DNA of 63,119 nucleotides, filler included, from an uncultured Ignavibacteriales bacterium (GCA_964611355.1; 4 parts of 4 records of this genome joined end to end with filler, not necessarily neighbours in it), one strand, 5' to 3'. Shown: positions 10,892 through 21,015, numbered from the whole stretch's first letter. Program-made: numbers and translations. The notes: generated by a model from the letters alone, not told the origin.

Positions 10892-12034
10892 ATGGATTTC
10901 AATCTGTCCGAAGATGATCTGATGATTAAAGAAACGGCTGCCGAACTGGCCGCCAAACGTATTATACCCAATGCGGAGAAGTGGGATGAAGAGGCAGCTC
11001 TTCCGAAGGATATCCTCGACGAGATGGCCGAGCTGGGTTATTTTGGGATGATGTTGCCGGAAGAGTACGGCGGTCTGGGGCTGTCAACCGTTACTTATAA
11101 TTGCGCAATGGAGGAACTGTCGGCGGCCTGTGCCGGCTTAATGATTACCCTTTCGGTTCATAACTCCCTCTGTTGCGAGGCGATTTATCATTACGGGTCG
11201 GATCAACTCAAGCAGAAATACCTGCCGGATATGGCGGCCGGCAAAATCATCGGCGCTTATTCCCTGACCGAGCCGAATGCCGGCACCGATGCCGGTTCGA
11301 TCAAAACCTCGGCGGTCAAGAAGAGCGGCAAATATATTATCAACGGCACGAAAACGTTTGTTACAAACGCCGGTCTGGCCGATCTGATTGTCCTTTTTGC
11401 CGTTACCGATCCTGAAAAAGGCTCTAAAGGTATTTCCTGTTTTGTCGTCCCGAAGGATACGCCGGGAATTATGATCGGCGCCAAGGAAAGGAAAATGGGC
11501 ATTAGGGCCTCGGATACACGCGAGGTTTCGTTTGTTGATGTCGAAGTGCCGGAATTTAACCGTATCGGCGACGAAGGAACCGGTTTCAAAACGGCGGTGA
11601 TATTACTCAACAACGGCCGCATCGGTGTTGCTTTCCAATCGATCGGTATTGCCCGGGCTGCTTTTGACGAAGCGCTCAAGTATTCCAAAGAAAGAAAACA
11701 GTTCGGTCAACTGATCTGTAATTTCCAGGCGATCCAGTTCAAGCTGGCTGAGATGGCCACCAAAATTGACGCCGGAAGGCTTCTGGCTCTGCGGGCCGCG
11801 GCTATGAAGGACGCCGGTGAAAACGTAGCTATGGAATCGTCGATGGCCAAGCTGTTCTGCTCACAGGTATGCAATTACGTGGTCAACGAGGCGGTTCAGA
11901 TTCATGGCGGCTACGGCTACATGAAGGAATATGCAGTTGAGCGTTATTTCCGCGACGGCCGGGTGACCGAGATATACGAGGGTACCACCGAAGCCCAAAA
12001 GATGGTTATTTCACGACAATTACTCAGGGATTGA
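10892..12034 (+). CDS. Acyl-CoA dehydrogenase (short/branched chain)
   Basis: LTEPNAGTD, NGTKTFVTN, KMGIRAS, QIHGGYGY, IYEGT. Confidence 0.92.
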   Translation: MDFNLSEDDLMIKETAAELAAKRIIPNAEKWDEEAALPKDILDEMAELGYFGMMLPEEYGGLGLSTVTYNCAMEELSAACAGLMITLSVHNSLCCEAIYHYGSDQLKQKYLPDMAAGKIIGAYSLTEPNAGTDAGSIKTSAVKKSGKYIINGTKTFVTNAGLADLIVLFAVTDPEKGSKGISCFVVPKDTPGIMIGAKERKMGIRASDTREVSFVDVEVPEFNRIGDEGTGFKTAVILLNNGRIGVAFQSIGIARAAFDEALKYSKERKQFGQLICNFQAIQFKLAEMATKIDAGRLLALRAAAMKDAGENVAMESSMAKLFCSQVCNYVVNEAVQIHGGYGYMKEYAVERYFRDGRVTEIYEGTTEAQKMVISRQLLRD

Positions 12035-13188
12035 CAGTGCTTTTAAAAAAAGAACATCAGGAATATCGCGAAAAAATACGAGCCTTTGCCGAGGAAAAAA
12101 TCGCTCCCCAGGCGGCGCAGCTCGACTTGGAACAGAGGTTCCCAACCGAATACCTGAAGCCTCTGGCCGAAATGGGATTGATGGGAATGGTGGTTCCGGA
12201 AGAGTACGGCGGCGCACCGGTTGACACTGTCTGTTATTCCATTGCCGTCGAGGAACTGTCTCGGGTATGCGGTTCGACCGGAATAACCATTGCCGCCCAC
12301 AACAGCCTGGGATGTTTTCCGATACTCAAATTCGGTACGGAAGAGCAGAGTAAGAAGTATCTTCCCCGTGGCACCCGTGGAGGGGAGCTTCTTGCTTTCG
12401 GCCTCACCGAGCCTGAGGCCGGGTCGGATGCCGGCGCCACCAAGACCACGGCGGTTAAAAAGGACGACCATTGGCTGATGAACGGCGCGAAGTGCTTCAT
12501 TACTTCGGCTTCTCATGCTTTTGCCACAATCGCCACCGCGCGGACGTTGGATGTCCCCGGCGTCAAAGGTATCTCTTCGTTCATCCTTGAGAAAGACTGG
12601 GAAGGATACGAAGTCGGCAAGAAGGAAAATAAGATGGGACTGCGCGGGTCGGATACCTCTTCTCTCCATTTCACCGACGTTAAAGTGCCTTTTGAAAACC
12701 AGCTTGGCGTTGAAGGCGAAGGGTTCAAGCAATTTATGATTACCCTTGACGGCGGCCGCATTTCAATCGCCGCCATGGCCCTGGGCCTGGCCCAGGGTGC
12801 CTACGAATGCGCCCTCAAGTACGCCGCTGAAAAGAAAGAAAACGGAAAGCCAATCGGAACTATGCAGTCGATTCAATGGAAACTGGCCGACATGGCCACG
12901 GAGATTGAGGCGGCTCGTTGTTTAGTGTATGGCGCTTCAATGATGAAGGATGCCGGCGTCAGGTTCACAACGGAATCGGCCATGGCCAAGCTGTACGCTT
13001 CCGAGGTCGGCAACCGCGTCTGCTACCAGGCGATTCAAATCCTCGGCGAAGTCGGCTATTTGACCGGTCCCTATTCGGCGGAACGGATGTACCGGGACAT
13101 CAAACTGTGCGAAATCGGCGAAGGGACGTCCGAGATACAGCGTATTGTCATCGCTCGCAATATACTAAAATCAGTTATGCCGAAATAA
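12031..13188 (+). CDS. Acyl-CoA dehydrogenase (second paralog)
   Basis: LTEPEAGSD, KMGLRGSDT, LDGGRISIAA, IGEGTSEIQR; TTG start overlapping the upstream stop. Confidence 0.9.
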   Translation: MTVLLKKEHQEYREKIRAFAEEKIAPQAAQLDLEQRFPTEYLKPLAEMGLMGMVVPEEYGGAPVDTVCYSIAVEELSRVCGSTGITIAAHNSLGCFPILKFGTEEQSKKYLPRGTRGGELLAFGLTEPEAGSDAGATKTTAVKKDDHWLMNGAKCFITSASHAFATIATARTLDVPGVKGISSFILEKDWEGYEVGKKENKMGLRGSDTSSLHFTDVKVPFENQLGVEGEGFKQFMITLDGGRISIAAMALGLAQGAYECALKYAAEKKENGKPIGTMQSIQWKLADMATEIEAARCLVYGASMMKDAGVRFTTESAMAKLYASEVGNRVCYQAIQILGEVGYLTGPYSAERMYRDIKLCEIGEGTSEIQRIVIARNILKSVMPK

Positions 13189-13200
13189 TTCGGAGGAGAT

Positions 13201-13776
13201 ATGCGGAAAGTAAATGAAGCGGTCGCAGGCAGGTTTTATCTGGGCGAACTGGCGATGGGGCGGCAGATTACCTATATGTTGACTTTTAACGTTTTGCTGA
13301 TCGTATCGGCCTATATTCAATTCCCCCTGCCGTTCAGCCCCGTCCCGGTGACGGCCCAAACCACGGTGGTTCTGGCATGCGGCCTGTTTCTCGGCCCTAT
13401 TCGAGGGTCTCTGACCGTTCTGGCATACCTCGTTGAGGGCGGTTTTGGTCTGCCGGTTTTCGCAGGCGGTTCGGCCGGCCTGGCCAGGTTGGCTGGTCCC
13501 ACCGGCGGTTACCTGGTCGGATTTGTTGCGGCTGCCTGTGTTGTCGGCCTTTTTTCAGAGAAGATAAAATCAATGAACTGTGGTCGCCTGTTTTTGGTTC
13601 TAACAGGCGGCGCGATTGTAATCTACCTTTGCGGTTTGGCGGTGGTGTCATTGTATGTTCCCGAAGGCAAAGCTCTTGAACTGGGGCTTTATCCTTTCCT
13701 GCCGGGAGCGCTGGTAAAGATAGTCGCTGTCGTTTCAGCATTAACGGCATACAAAAGGATACGCCCGTCTCTATAA
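13201..13776 (+). CDS. bioY: Biotin transporter BioY
   Basis: PVPVTAQT, GLPVFAGG, GPTGGYLVGF; hydrophobic. Confidence 0.92.
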   Translation: MRKVNEAVAGRFYLGELAMGRQITYMLTFNVLLIVSAYIQFPLPFSPVPVTAQTTVVLACGLFLGPIRGSLTVLAYLVEGGFGLPVFAGGSAGLARLAGPTGGYLVGFVAAACVVGLFSEKIKSMNCGRLFLVLTGGAIVIYLCGLAVVSLYVPEGKALELGLYPFLPGALVKIVAVVSALTAYKRIRPSL

Positions 13777-13795
13777 AGACTGTTATATGATTTTG

Positions 13796-13822
13796 AAAAG
13801 CCCGGGCCGTCCGGGCTTTTTT
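13796..13822 (+). terminator. Rho-independent terminator
   Basis: aaaagcccgg-gccgt-ccgggcttttt after bioY. Confidence 0.8.
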
Positions 13823-13889
13823 GTTATTGTCGAATGTCGTCTCCGGTAATATAATAACACCAGTATTCAAGCGGCACGGAGGATATAGT

Positions 13890-15405
13890 TTGCGAAGACT
13901 GATTGCCTTGATTATCGTCTGCTTTTTATTGGCTCCAGCGGTATTAGCCCAAAAACTTTCACGGGTGAAGTCGATCGATCAATACTGGCCGGAAGGCAGG
14001 AAGAAAACCTATCGCTATATCTCGAGTGATTCCACCGAAATCGGACGGCTCGAAGCGGTGATGGATGATTTTAAGGCAAGAAATGGGGTCATCGTTTCGT
14101 GTCGCATCAGAGGAAAACTGCACCTTAATCTTGCCGCCGTCGGTTCCGGGCAGGATATGAAAGTAACCGGCGATTTGACGGTCGGCGCTCGCGGGCATTT
14201 CCTGTCAACCGAGCTTGAGGTTACCGTCAATAACCGGAGCCAGCCGTTGAAAGCCGAATTTGATTCAACGACAAATATGGTATCCGGACGCTGGGGTGAA
14301 GCCGACCGGTCGATCGGCAGAAACCTTGAACTCGACCAACCGGTATTTGCCTGCGATAATTATATGATCGATCAACTGGAAATAATCCTGGCGATGCATG
14401 ATCTGGTTCCGGGAGAAAATCTGGTCGTTTCGGCGCTGTCTGCGCAACGGTTTTTTCTGGCCGATTATGAGTTTCAGGTAGTGGGCAGGANNNNNNNNNN
14501 GGACAGTGGTTGAGTATGGTCTCTATGCCGATTCGGTATGGCAGGTCAATATGCTTCGACCCTCCCGACAGGCCCTGTTCGTCGATAAGGCCCATCGGCT
14601 GGTGAAGCTGATCGATTTCGATCAAAGAATAATCGCGGAGCTTGTGCGTGACCCGTTCGCCGAACAAGCGGATCGGGAAAAAGAATCATCCGATTTTCTC
14701 ACAGACCACATCTCCCGCTTGCCGGTTTACGGGCTTTATCTCATCGTGGCCGCTTTCTGGCTTATCTTTACTGGATGGGACGGCTATCGCCTGAAATGGT
14801 CGTACGTGCTTTTTGTCATCGGCGGAGCGGTTTATCCGCTTATATACATGACGCAGGTTCCTATTCAGGAACTGTACGGCATAAAGGTTTTGTATCCGGC
14901 TATTCGTGAGGGGCAATCGGTTGTCCCTTATGGTATTTTCCCGTCAATTATTACCGCTGTGGTTCAGGAGACTCTAAAACTGATCCCGCTGTTAGTACTG
15001 GTGCGAATCGTAAAGCCAAAACCTATCGCGATTATTTCACTGGGGTCGTTTATCGGAGCGGGATTTGGCTTTGTCGAAGCCTGCCATATTATCGGCCCGG
15101 CCTTTCAGTATCGGACGCTGACTTCAATCGTTCTTGCCGAGCGCGTTTTCAGTACGATGTTTCATATCGGTACGGCCGCGGTGATCGGGTACGGTCTGGC
15201 TCGGAGAAAAACCCTACGTTTCTGGTTATTTGCCTTAGTCGTTCATTTCATATTGACGTACAGCTTGTTTTTCCACGGTGTCCTATCGTTTGGTCTTCTG
15301 CAGTTTCTGCATATTCTGATCAGTGTGGTTGTGTTGCTTCTCGCGATCTGGTGGCAATGGTCATACGGGAAAACCGTCAGTCGGCCAAAGAAGGGCAGAC
15401 GATGA
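13890..15405 (+). CDS. Exported beta-rich domain fused to PrsW/YhfC-family intramembrane metalloprotease; interrupted by a 10-N gap at 14491-14500
   Basis: GGAGGA RBS plus TTG 13890 with signal peptide; C-terminal part has QETLK, GAGFGFVE, MFH and VH motifs; the frame change coincides with the Ns. Confidence 0.65.
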
Positions 15406-16376
15406 GAAAAAAGCTGTATGCAGGAGTCGATATCGGCGCCACCAACGTGAAGTATGGACTGGTTGACGCCGATGGCAGGATACTCTACAGGGATCGAACG
15501 ACGACGCCAAAAAACCCGGCGCAAAAACTGTTTGAATGCGTGCTTCGTTGCTGCGAACAGCTTCTTATTGAAGCCGACGAACAGGACGGGGAAGTGGAAT
15601 ATGTCGGCGTCGGCTCTCCCGGTTCGGTGAATATCAAGACCGGCGTTATTCAGGGCACCTGCCCCAACATCCCCGGCTGGACCGGGTTTCATCTCCGCGA
15701 CCGATTATCCGAACGGCTCAACCTGCGGGTTATGGTTGACAATGACGCCAACTGCGCCACGCTGGTGGAGCATCGTTTTGGCGCGGGCAGAGGTTATGAT
15801 AATATTATTTGTTTGACCATCGGAACCGGAATCGGCGGCGGACTGATTATAAACGGACGATTATATCGCGGAATAAACTATTCTGCGGGCGAGATCGGGC
15901 ATATGATTGTCCGCGATCCTGATATGAGTAAAGAAGGGCAGTTTCTCGAAAGCCTGGTTTCATCGCGGGCGATCGTCGCCCGATTAAGGGAAAAGCTGTC
16001 CGGCAATATCACTCCCGCCTTTAAGGCGCTTATCGGGGACGACCTGGAAAAACTTACCATAAAGAAAATGTATAGAGCCATTAAAAAAGGCGACCGGGTC
16101 GCGCCGGAGATAGTTCAACTTAGCGGACAGGTTCTCGGCACGGCGCTGGCCGGTTTGGTCAATGTTTTGAATCCCGAAGTGGTTATCCTTGGCGGAGGCG
16201 TGGCTGAAGGGGGTAGTGAATTTGTCGATATAGTCAAAAGATCGATTTTCGAGGAAGCGCTTGCCTGCGCGACGGAAACGCTGGCGGTTGTGCCGGCCGG
16301 ACTGGGTAATTCCGCCGGATTTATCGGGGCGGCTTTACTCGGCGAGGAGGAGACCGTAGAGCCTGCCGATAAATAG
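15402..16376 (+). CDS. ROK family sugar kinase (glucokinase-like)
   Basis: GVDIGAT, DNDANCA, GTGIGGG, GEIGH, LGGGV; ATGA overlap. Confidence 0.88.
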   Translation: MRKKLYAGVDIGATNVKYGLVDADGRILYRDRTTTPKNPAQKLFECVLRCCEQLLIEADEQDGEVEYVGVGSPGSVNIKTGVIQGTCPNIPGWTGFHLRDRLSERLNLRVMVDNDANCATLVEHRFGAGRGYDNIICLTIGTGIGGGLIINGRLYRGINYSAGEIGHMIVRDPDMSKEGQFLESLVSSRAIVARLREKLSGNITPAFKALIGDDLEKLTIKKMYRAIKKGDRVAPEIVQLSGQVLGTALAGLVNVLNPEVVILGGGVAEGGSEFVDIVKRSIFEEALACATETLAVVPAGLGNSAGFIGAALLGEEETVEPADK

Positions 16377-16433
16377 ACTTTGGAGTTGACATAAGGCGCG
16401 GTTTTTATTTATTGAAGAATTTGAAGCGAATAT

Positions 16434-16506
<73 letters not shown>

Positions 16507-16520
16507 TTTTTTTCATGTTA

Positions 16521-16593
16521 GCCACCGTAGCTCAGTTGGTAGAGCAGCTGATTCGTAATCAGCAGGTCTGCGGTTCGAATCCGCACGGTGGCT
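16521..16593 (+). tRNA. tRNA-Thr(CGT)
   Basis: GCCACCG/CGGTGGC acceptor stem, anticodon loop TTCGTAA, GGTTCGAATCC. Confidence 0.95.
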
Positions 16594-16744
16594 TTTGTTT
16601 TTGCCTTTTCCTTGTCTATAACTCATTGTCTCGCAATAGGCAAAGCGGCCGATTTTGGCTATCCGTGTTTTATGGGTCGTCGTCTTGAGATAATGCCTTG
16701 GAATTGATATTTGAAGGGCGGGCTATGACGGGCATCTTTGTTAA

Positions 16745-16830
16745 GAAAGCGGGGTCGGTATATAAGGATTTGTCTGTCGGTAACCGTCAGGTTGGGGGGG
16801 GAAGACGGCACCGAAATCCGACCCCGCTCT
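16745..16830 (-). ncRNA. Candidate small RNA, long hairpin with C-rich loop
   Basis: Minus-strand TTGACA(16864-16859)-17-TATAAA(16841-16836); 11-bp closing stem agcggggtcgg/ccgaccccgct; inner ccgtc/gacgg around TTCCCCCCCCAACCT. Confidence 0.45.
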
Positions 16831-17023
16831 ATTAATTTATACGTTGGCCGCAACCCTGTGTCAAGGTTTAAATTTTTGCCATGCCGGCTATCCGGCCCGA
16901 TATATTTTCGCATAGAATAGACTTGTTAAATCCGTCTATTTTGATATATTATTTGTAGGAATCCGATCATAGAGGCTTCGTCATCCGAGTTTGACATCGC
17001 ATAGCTATTCAAGGGAGGGCAGC

Positions 17024-17917
17024 ATGCGTGCTATTATTATTTCACTCATTCTTCTTTCAGTTCCGTATTTATGCTTCGCAAATACCATCCATATACCGGG
17101 TGATTCCGCTACAATTCAAGCTGGAATTAATGGGGCAGAAGATGGGGACACCGTTTTTGTGGCTCCGGGAACATACACTGAAAATATCGACTTTTCGGGA
17201 AAAAGTATCAAAGTCATAACTTCTGATGGGCCAGAAACCACTACATTGCAGCCGGCCGATATAAACAATGTGATTGTGAAAATAGTTTCTGGGGAAAACA
17301 ACAATACTCAATTTAGCGGTTTTACGGTCATTGGGGGTTTTGCTGATCAGTCGATCCATGTAAGCAATGGCGCTAACCCCACTATCAGCGAAAATATTCT
17401 TCGTTATTATTTGGGGACAGGAGTGGTAATACGTATAGCCTCGGACGCGCTTATTAAGTATAATTTGTTTCATGATAATGGAGGTCATAGCTGTATAGCG
17501 ATCAGTGGCGGTGGTACGGCGACTATAATCAACAACACATTCGGCAATAATGCTCGGGGCTTTCATACCATAACGGGTCTGGGGATTGCCAAAAATAACA
17601 TCATAACCAATTCATCTGAGTATGGGATCTATGGTTCGTTTACCGAGTTGGACTTCAACGATGTATGGAATAATAATCCCGATTACTCTGGTCCTGCAAG
17701 TGCTGGGGCCAATGATATCTCTGAAGATCCATTGTATATTGATCCAGCCGCATATAATTATTCATTACAACCTGAATCACCCTGTATTGATGCAGGTGAC
17801 CCTGCTCCAGAGTATAATGACCCTGATGGAACAAGAAACGACATGGGAGCATTCCCGTACGTGAGCGACGCGCCTGAGTTAGTATATATCTATGTTGATG
17901 GCGACGATACGCCTACT
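17024..17917 (+). CDS. Secreted right-handed beta-helix (pectin-lyase-like) protein, 3' truncated at contig end
   Basis: Signal peptide, TIQAGIN..DGDTVFVAPGTYTENI, Asn-ladder repeats, SPCIDAGDP..DPDGTRNDMGA. Confidence 0.75.
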
Positions 17918-18017
17918 NNNNNNNNNNNNNNNNNNNNNNNNNNNNNNNNNNNNNNNNNNNNTTAATTAATTAANNNNNNNNNNNNNNNNNNNNNNNNNNN
18001 NNNNNNNNNNNNNNNNN
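17918..18017. other. Artificial contig linker
   Basis: N44-TTAATTAATTAA-N44 (stops in all six frames). Confidence 0.97.
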
Positions 18018-18265
18018 TTTTTTTTGGCTTGCGACATTTGTATATACAATTAAGGCTGCCATATTTAATCAGATTATGTGGAATAGCCGTCAGCCATGAG
18101 ACTGGCCGGTTTCTAACGGGGCCGACAGGTCAGCCTCCTGTTACCAATATGGAATATAATAATTCCTCCACCGATGCAAAACGGTAAAAAATCTTGATTG
18201 ACCATTTCGGGCAAATACTTTATAGTGACAGACAGCGAATCACAGGTTTAATCCAGGGAGCCGAC

Positions 18266-19264
18266 ATGCCGGAATTTCGTCAGAATATGGCTACCAAGGA
18301 GTGGGTTATTCTCGCTCCCGAACGAGGCAAGAGGCCGACGGACATGATAAAAGAGACGGAACCGCAGGAATCGCTTCCGTCTCACAAGGAAGATTGTCCT
18401 TTCTGCCGCGGCAACGAAGATCAAACCGCTGATGCGACTTACGTCTATCCTGAAAGCGGCGACTGGCAGGTACGGGTGGTGCCAAATAAATACGCCGCCC
18501 TGCAACCCCATCTGGCTACCACGCGGACCAGAACGGGCTCTTTCCTTGCCGCCAAAGGTTTCGGAATCGCCGAAGTTGTCATAGAGCATCCAAATCATAA
18601 TACCACCATCGCTCTGATGAAGCTCGACGAGATAGCCAACGTGTTGCGCGCCTGCCGCAAACGCCAGATCGCCATGAGTTGGAATGAAAAGATCAATTTG
18701 GTGACAATCTTTCGCAACCACGGCCGGCGTGCCGGAACGTCACTGGAGCACCCTCATTCGCAAATAATCGCCACGCCAATCGTTCCGCCGCACGTGAGAT
18801 ATCCGCTGGAGCAAGCGGTAAGGCACTACGATGCTCTGGGCAGGTGCGTTTACTGCGATATGATCGCCGAAGAAATCAATCAGGGCGAGCGAATGCTGAT
18901 AGAAACGCAGAAATTCGCCGCCTTCTGCCCGTTTGCCGCTCGGTCGCCTTTTGAATGCCGAATCTATCCAAAGGTACACAAGGCCAGTTTCGTCTTGACT
19001 GATGATGACGAGATAAACGAATTGTCATTGGTACTTCGTGACGTTCTGCGCCGGTTATATTTTGGTTTGAATAACCCGGATTACAACTATGTTGTCAGGT
19101 CATCACCCATAGGTGACGAAGACACAAGGCATCTGCACTGGTACATGGTCATAATTCCAAGGATATCGACTTCGGCCGGATTTGAAATGGGTTCGGGAAT
19201 TTATATAAATACCCTGTCACCGGAAGATTCGGCCGGGTATTTGCGAGAAGTCAAGATCACATAG
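18266..19264 (+). CDS. galT: Galactose-1-phosphate uridylyltransferase
   Basis: CPFC, VRVVPNKY, SLEHPHSQ active site, AGFEMGSG; promoter TTGACC-17-TATAGT at 18198-18226. Confidence 0.9.
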   Translation: MPEFRQNMATKEWVILAPERGKRPTDMIKETEPQESLPSHKEDCPFCRGNEDQTADATYVYPESGDWQVRVVPNKYAALQPHLATTRTRTGSFLAAKGFGIAEVVIEHPNHNTTIALMKLDEIANVLRACRKRQIAMSWNEKINLVTIFRNHGRRAGTSLEHPHSQIIATPIVPPHVRYPLEQAVRHYDALGRCVYCDMIAEEINQGERMLIETQKFAAFCPFAARSPFECRIYPKVHKASFVLTDDDEINELSLVLRDVLRRLYFGLNNPDYNYVVRSSPIGDEDTRHLHWYMVIIPRISTSAGFEMGSGIYINTLSPEDSAGYLREVKIT

Positions 19265-19330
19265 GGACTTAACTGAGTATTCGTCATTTCGTTAAATACG
19301 GGTTTATGGATTTTTCAATTGCTTTATTAC

Positions 19331-19380
19331 TTGACATCAATACGAAACCACCATATTTTTCTTTGTGAAAGTATTCACAA
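19331..19380 (+). promoter_or_regulatory. sigma70 promoter plus Rex-consensus operator of hydrogenase operon
   Basis: TTGACA(19331)-17-TATTTT; TTGTGAA-AGTA-TTCACAA at 19363-19380 matches the Rex consensus exactly. Confidence 0.75.
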
Positions 19381-20510
19381 TGAGTACTGCAACAACAAAT
19401 ACCGTTTCCAGGTTTGTCATCGCCAGAGAGGATTTTGACGCCCTTTTTGGCGCTCTGAAAAGTTCGGGTTACCGGACGATCGGACCAACCCTCAAAGACA
19501 ACGCTGTTATTTACGACGCCATATCATCAGCCGATGATCTTCCCGTCGGGTGGGTTGACAAACAGGATAATGGCACCTATCGATTGACAAAAGGCAAGAA
19601 ACAAACGCTCTTCGGGTATGTTGTCGGTCCCTATTCGTGGAAAAGATTCCTTCACGTTCCAAGCACGCTTCTTTCGGAGACAAAACGAGGCGAAGCCGGG
19701 TACGAAACCACGGAACCGAGTGAGAAACCGGTCAAACAGGCTTTTATCGGTGTTCGACCGTGTGAACTGCAGGCCATCGCCATTCAGGACAAAGTCTTAT
19801 TAGAAGGCCAATATGCTGATTCTTCCTATTCTCTCCGGCGCAAACATCTTTTTATCGTGGCAGTTAACTGCACCCGCGCCGGCGGCGTCTGTTTTTGTCT
19901 CTCGATGAAAACGGGGCCGAAAGCAACGACCGGTTTTGACCTTGCGCTGACTGAAGTAATCAATTCAAAAAACCATTATTTCATCGTTGAAACCGGCTCA
20001 AAGGCGGGAGCCGATATCCTGCGGGAAGTACCACACCGTAAAGCTTCCGATTCCGAAATAGAGGCGGCTGAAAAGGCAATACGGGAGGCTGCCTCCCACA
20101 TGGGTCGAAAACTGCAAACGGAAGGCCTCAAGGAGCTTCTCTATCGCAACTTTGATAATCCTCATTGGGAAAAAGTCGCCGCCCGGTGTCTTACCTGCGG
20201 TAATTGCACCATGGTCTGTCCTACCTGCTTCTGCACCAATATCGAGGATACTACAGATCTTTCCGGCGAAACGGCGCAGCGACAAAATGTATGGGACACC
20301 TGTTTCACGGTCGACTTTTCCTATATTCACGGCGGAAGTATCCGGGCAACCGCGATGTCGCGTTACCGGCAGTGGATGATGCACAAACTGGCGTACTGGA
20401 CGGACCAATTCGGGACCTTTGGCTGTGTGGGATGCGGCCGCTGTATAACCTGGTGTCCGGTGGGGATTGATATCACCGAAGAGGCGCGCGTTATACGGGA
20501 AAGCGAATGA
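19380..20510 (+). CDS. Group 3b [NiFe]-hydrogenase (sulfhydrogenase) beta subunit, 4Fe-4S
   Basis: [39 protein letters not shown]. Confidence 0.88.
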   Translation: MSTATTNTVSRFVIAREDFDALFGALKSSGYRTIGPTLKDNAVIYDAISSADDLPVGWVDKQDNGTYRLTKGKKQTLFGYVVGPYSWKRFLHVPSTLLSETKRGEAGYETTEPSEKPVKQAFIGVRPCELQAIAIQDKVLLEGQYADSSYSLRRKHLFIVAVNCTRAGGVCFCLSMKTGPKATTGFDLALTEVINSKNHYFIVETGSKAGADILREVPHRKASDSEIEAAEKAIREAASHMGRKLQTEGLKELLYRNFDNPHWEKVAARCLTCGNCTMVCPTCFCTNIEDTTDLSGETAQRQNVWDTCFTVDFSYIHGGSIRATAMSRYRQWMMHKLAYWTDQFGTFGCVGCGRCITWCPVGIDITEEARVIRESE

Positions 20511-20547
20511 GTTGACGGTTTTACATAGTGGTATAGGAGAATAAGCC

Positions 20548-21015
20548 ATGGAAAATCTGGAACGGGCATTAACCGAACATCCTTTTCTAGCAGGCGTGGA
20601 GGAAAAATATATTAAGTTGCTGGCGGGATGTGCCTCCAATGTCGTATTCAAGTCGGGTGAGTTTATACTAAGGGAAGGCAAAGAGGCTGATTCATTCTAC
20701 TTTATCCGTCACGGCAAGGTGCAGGCGGAAACTTTTGTCCCCCAAAAGGGGCCTCTTGCCATTCACACCAGAGAAGCCGGCGAGGTTCTGGGATGGTCGT
20801 GGCTGGTCCCACCCTATAAGTGGCATCTCGACGCCCGCGCCCTTGAGTTGACAAGGGCTATCGCCATAGACGGCAAATGCCTCCGTGAAAAATGCGAGGA
20901 AGATCACGACCTTGGGTACGAGGTAATGAAACGGTTTGCGTTGGTTATAGTTCAGCGGCTGGAAGCAACCCGGCTGCAATTGATGGATATTTATGGCGGC
21001 CATTCACAAAAATAA
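20548..21015 (+). CDS. Cyclic-nucleotide-binding domain protein (no HTH)
   Basis: [28 protein letters not shown]; 155 aa. Confidence 0.85.
   Translation: MENLERALTEHPFLAGVEEKYIKLLAGCASNVVFKSGEFILREGKEADSFYFIRHGKVQAETFVPQKGPLAIHTREAGEVLGWSWLVPPYKWHLDARALELTRAIAIDGKCLREKCEEDHDLGYEVMKRFALVIVQRLEATRLQLMDIYGGHSQK

Noticed and set aside
10892..13188. Calling either acyl-CoA dehydrogenase isovaleryl-CoA dehydrogenase (liuA/ivd)
   Set aside because: Both have Glu in the C-terminal YEGT/GEGT motif, as in butyryl/short-branched-chain enzymes, rather than the GAGT of classical IVD; substrate left open.
14491..14500. Frameshift/pseudogene in the PrsW-like gene
   Set aside because: The frame change falls on a 10-N gap of unknown true length.
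17962..17973. TTAATTAATTAA palindrome occurring three times as a biological site
   Set aside because: Always centred in N-runs of equal length; an assembly linker.
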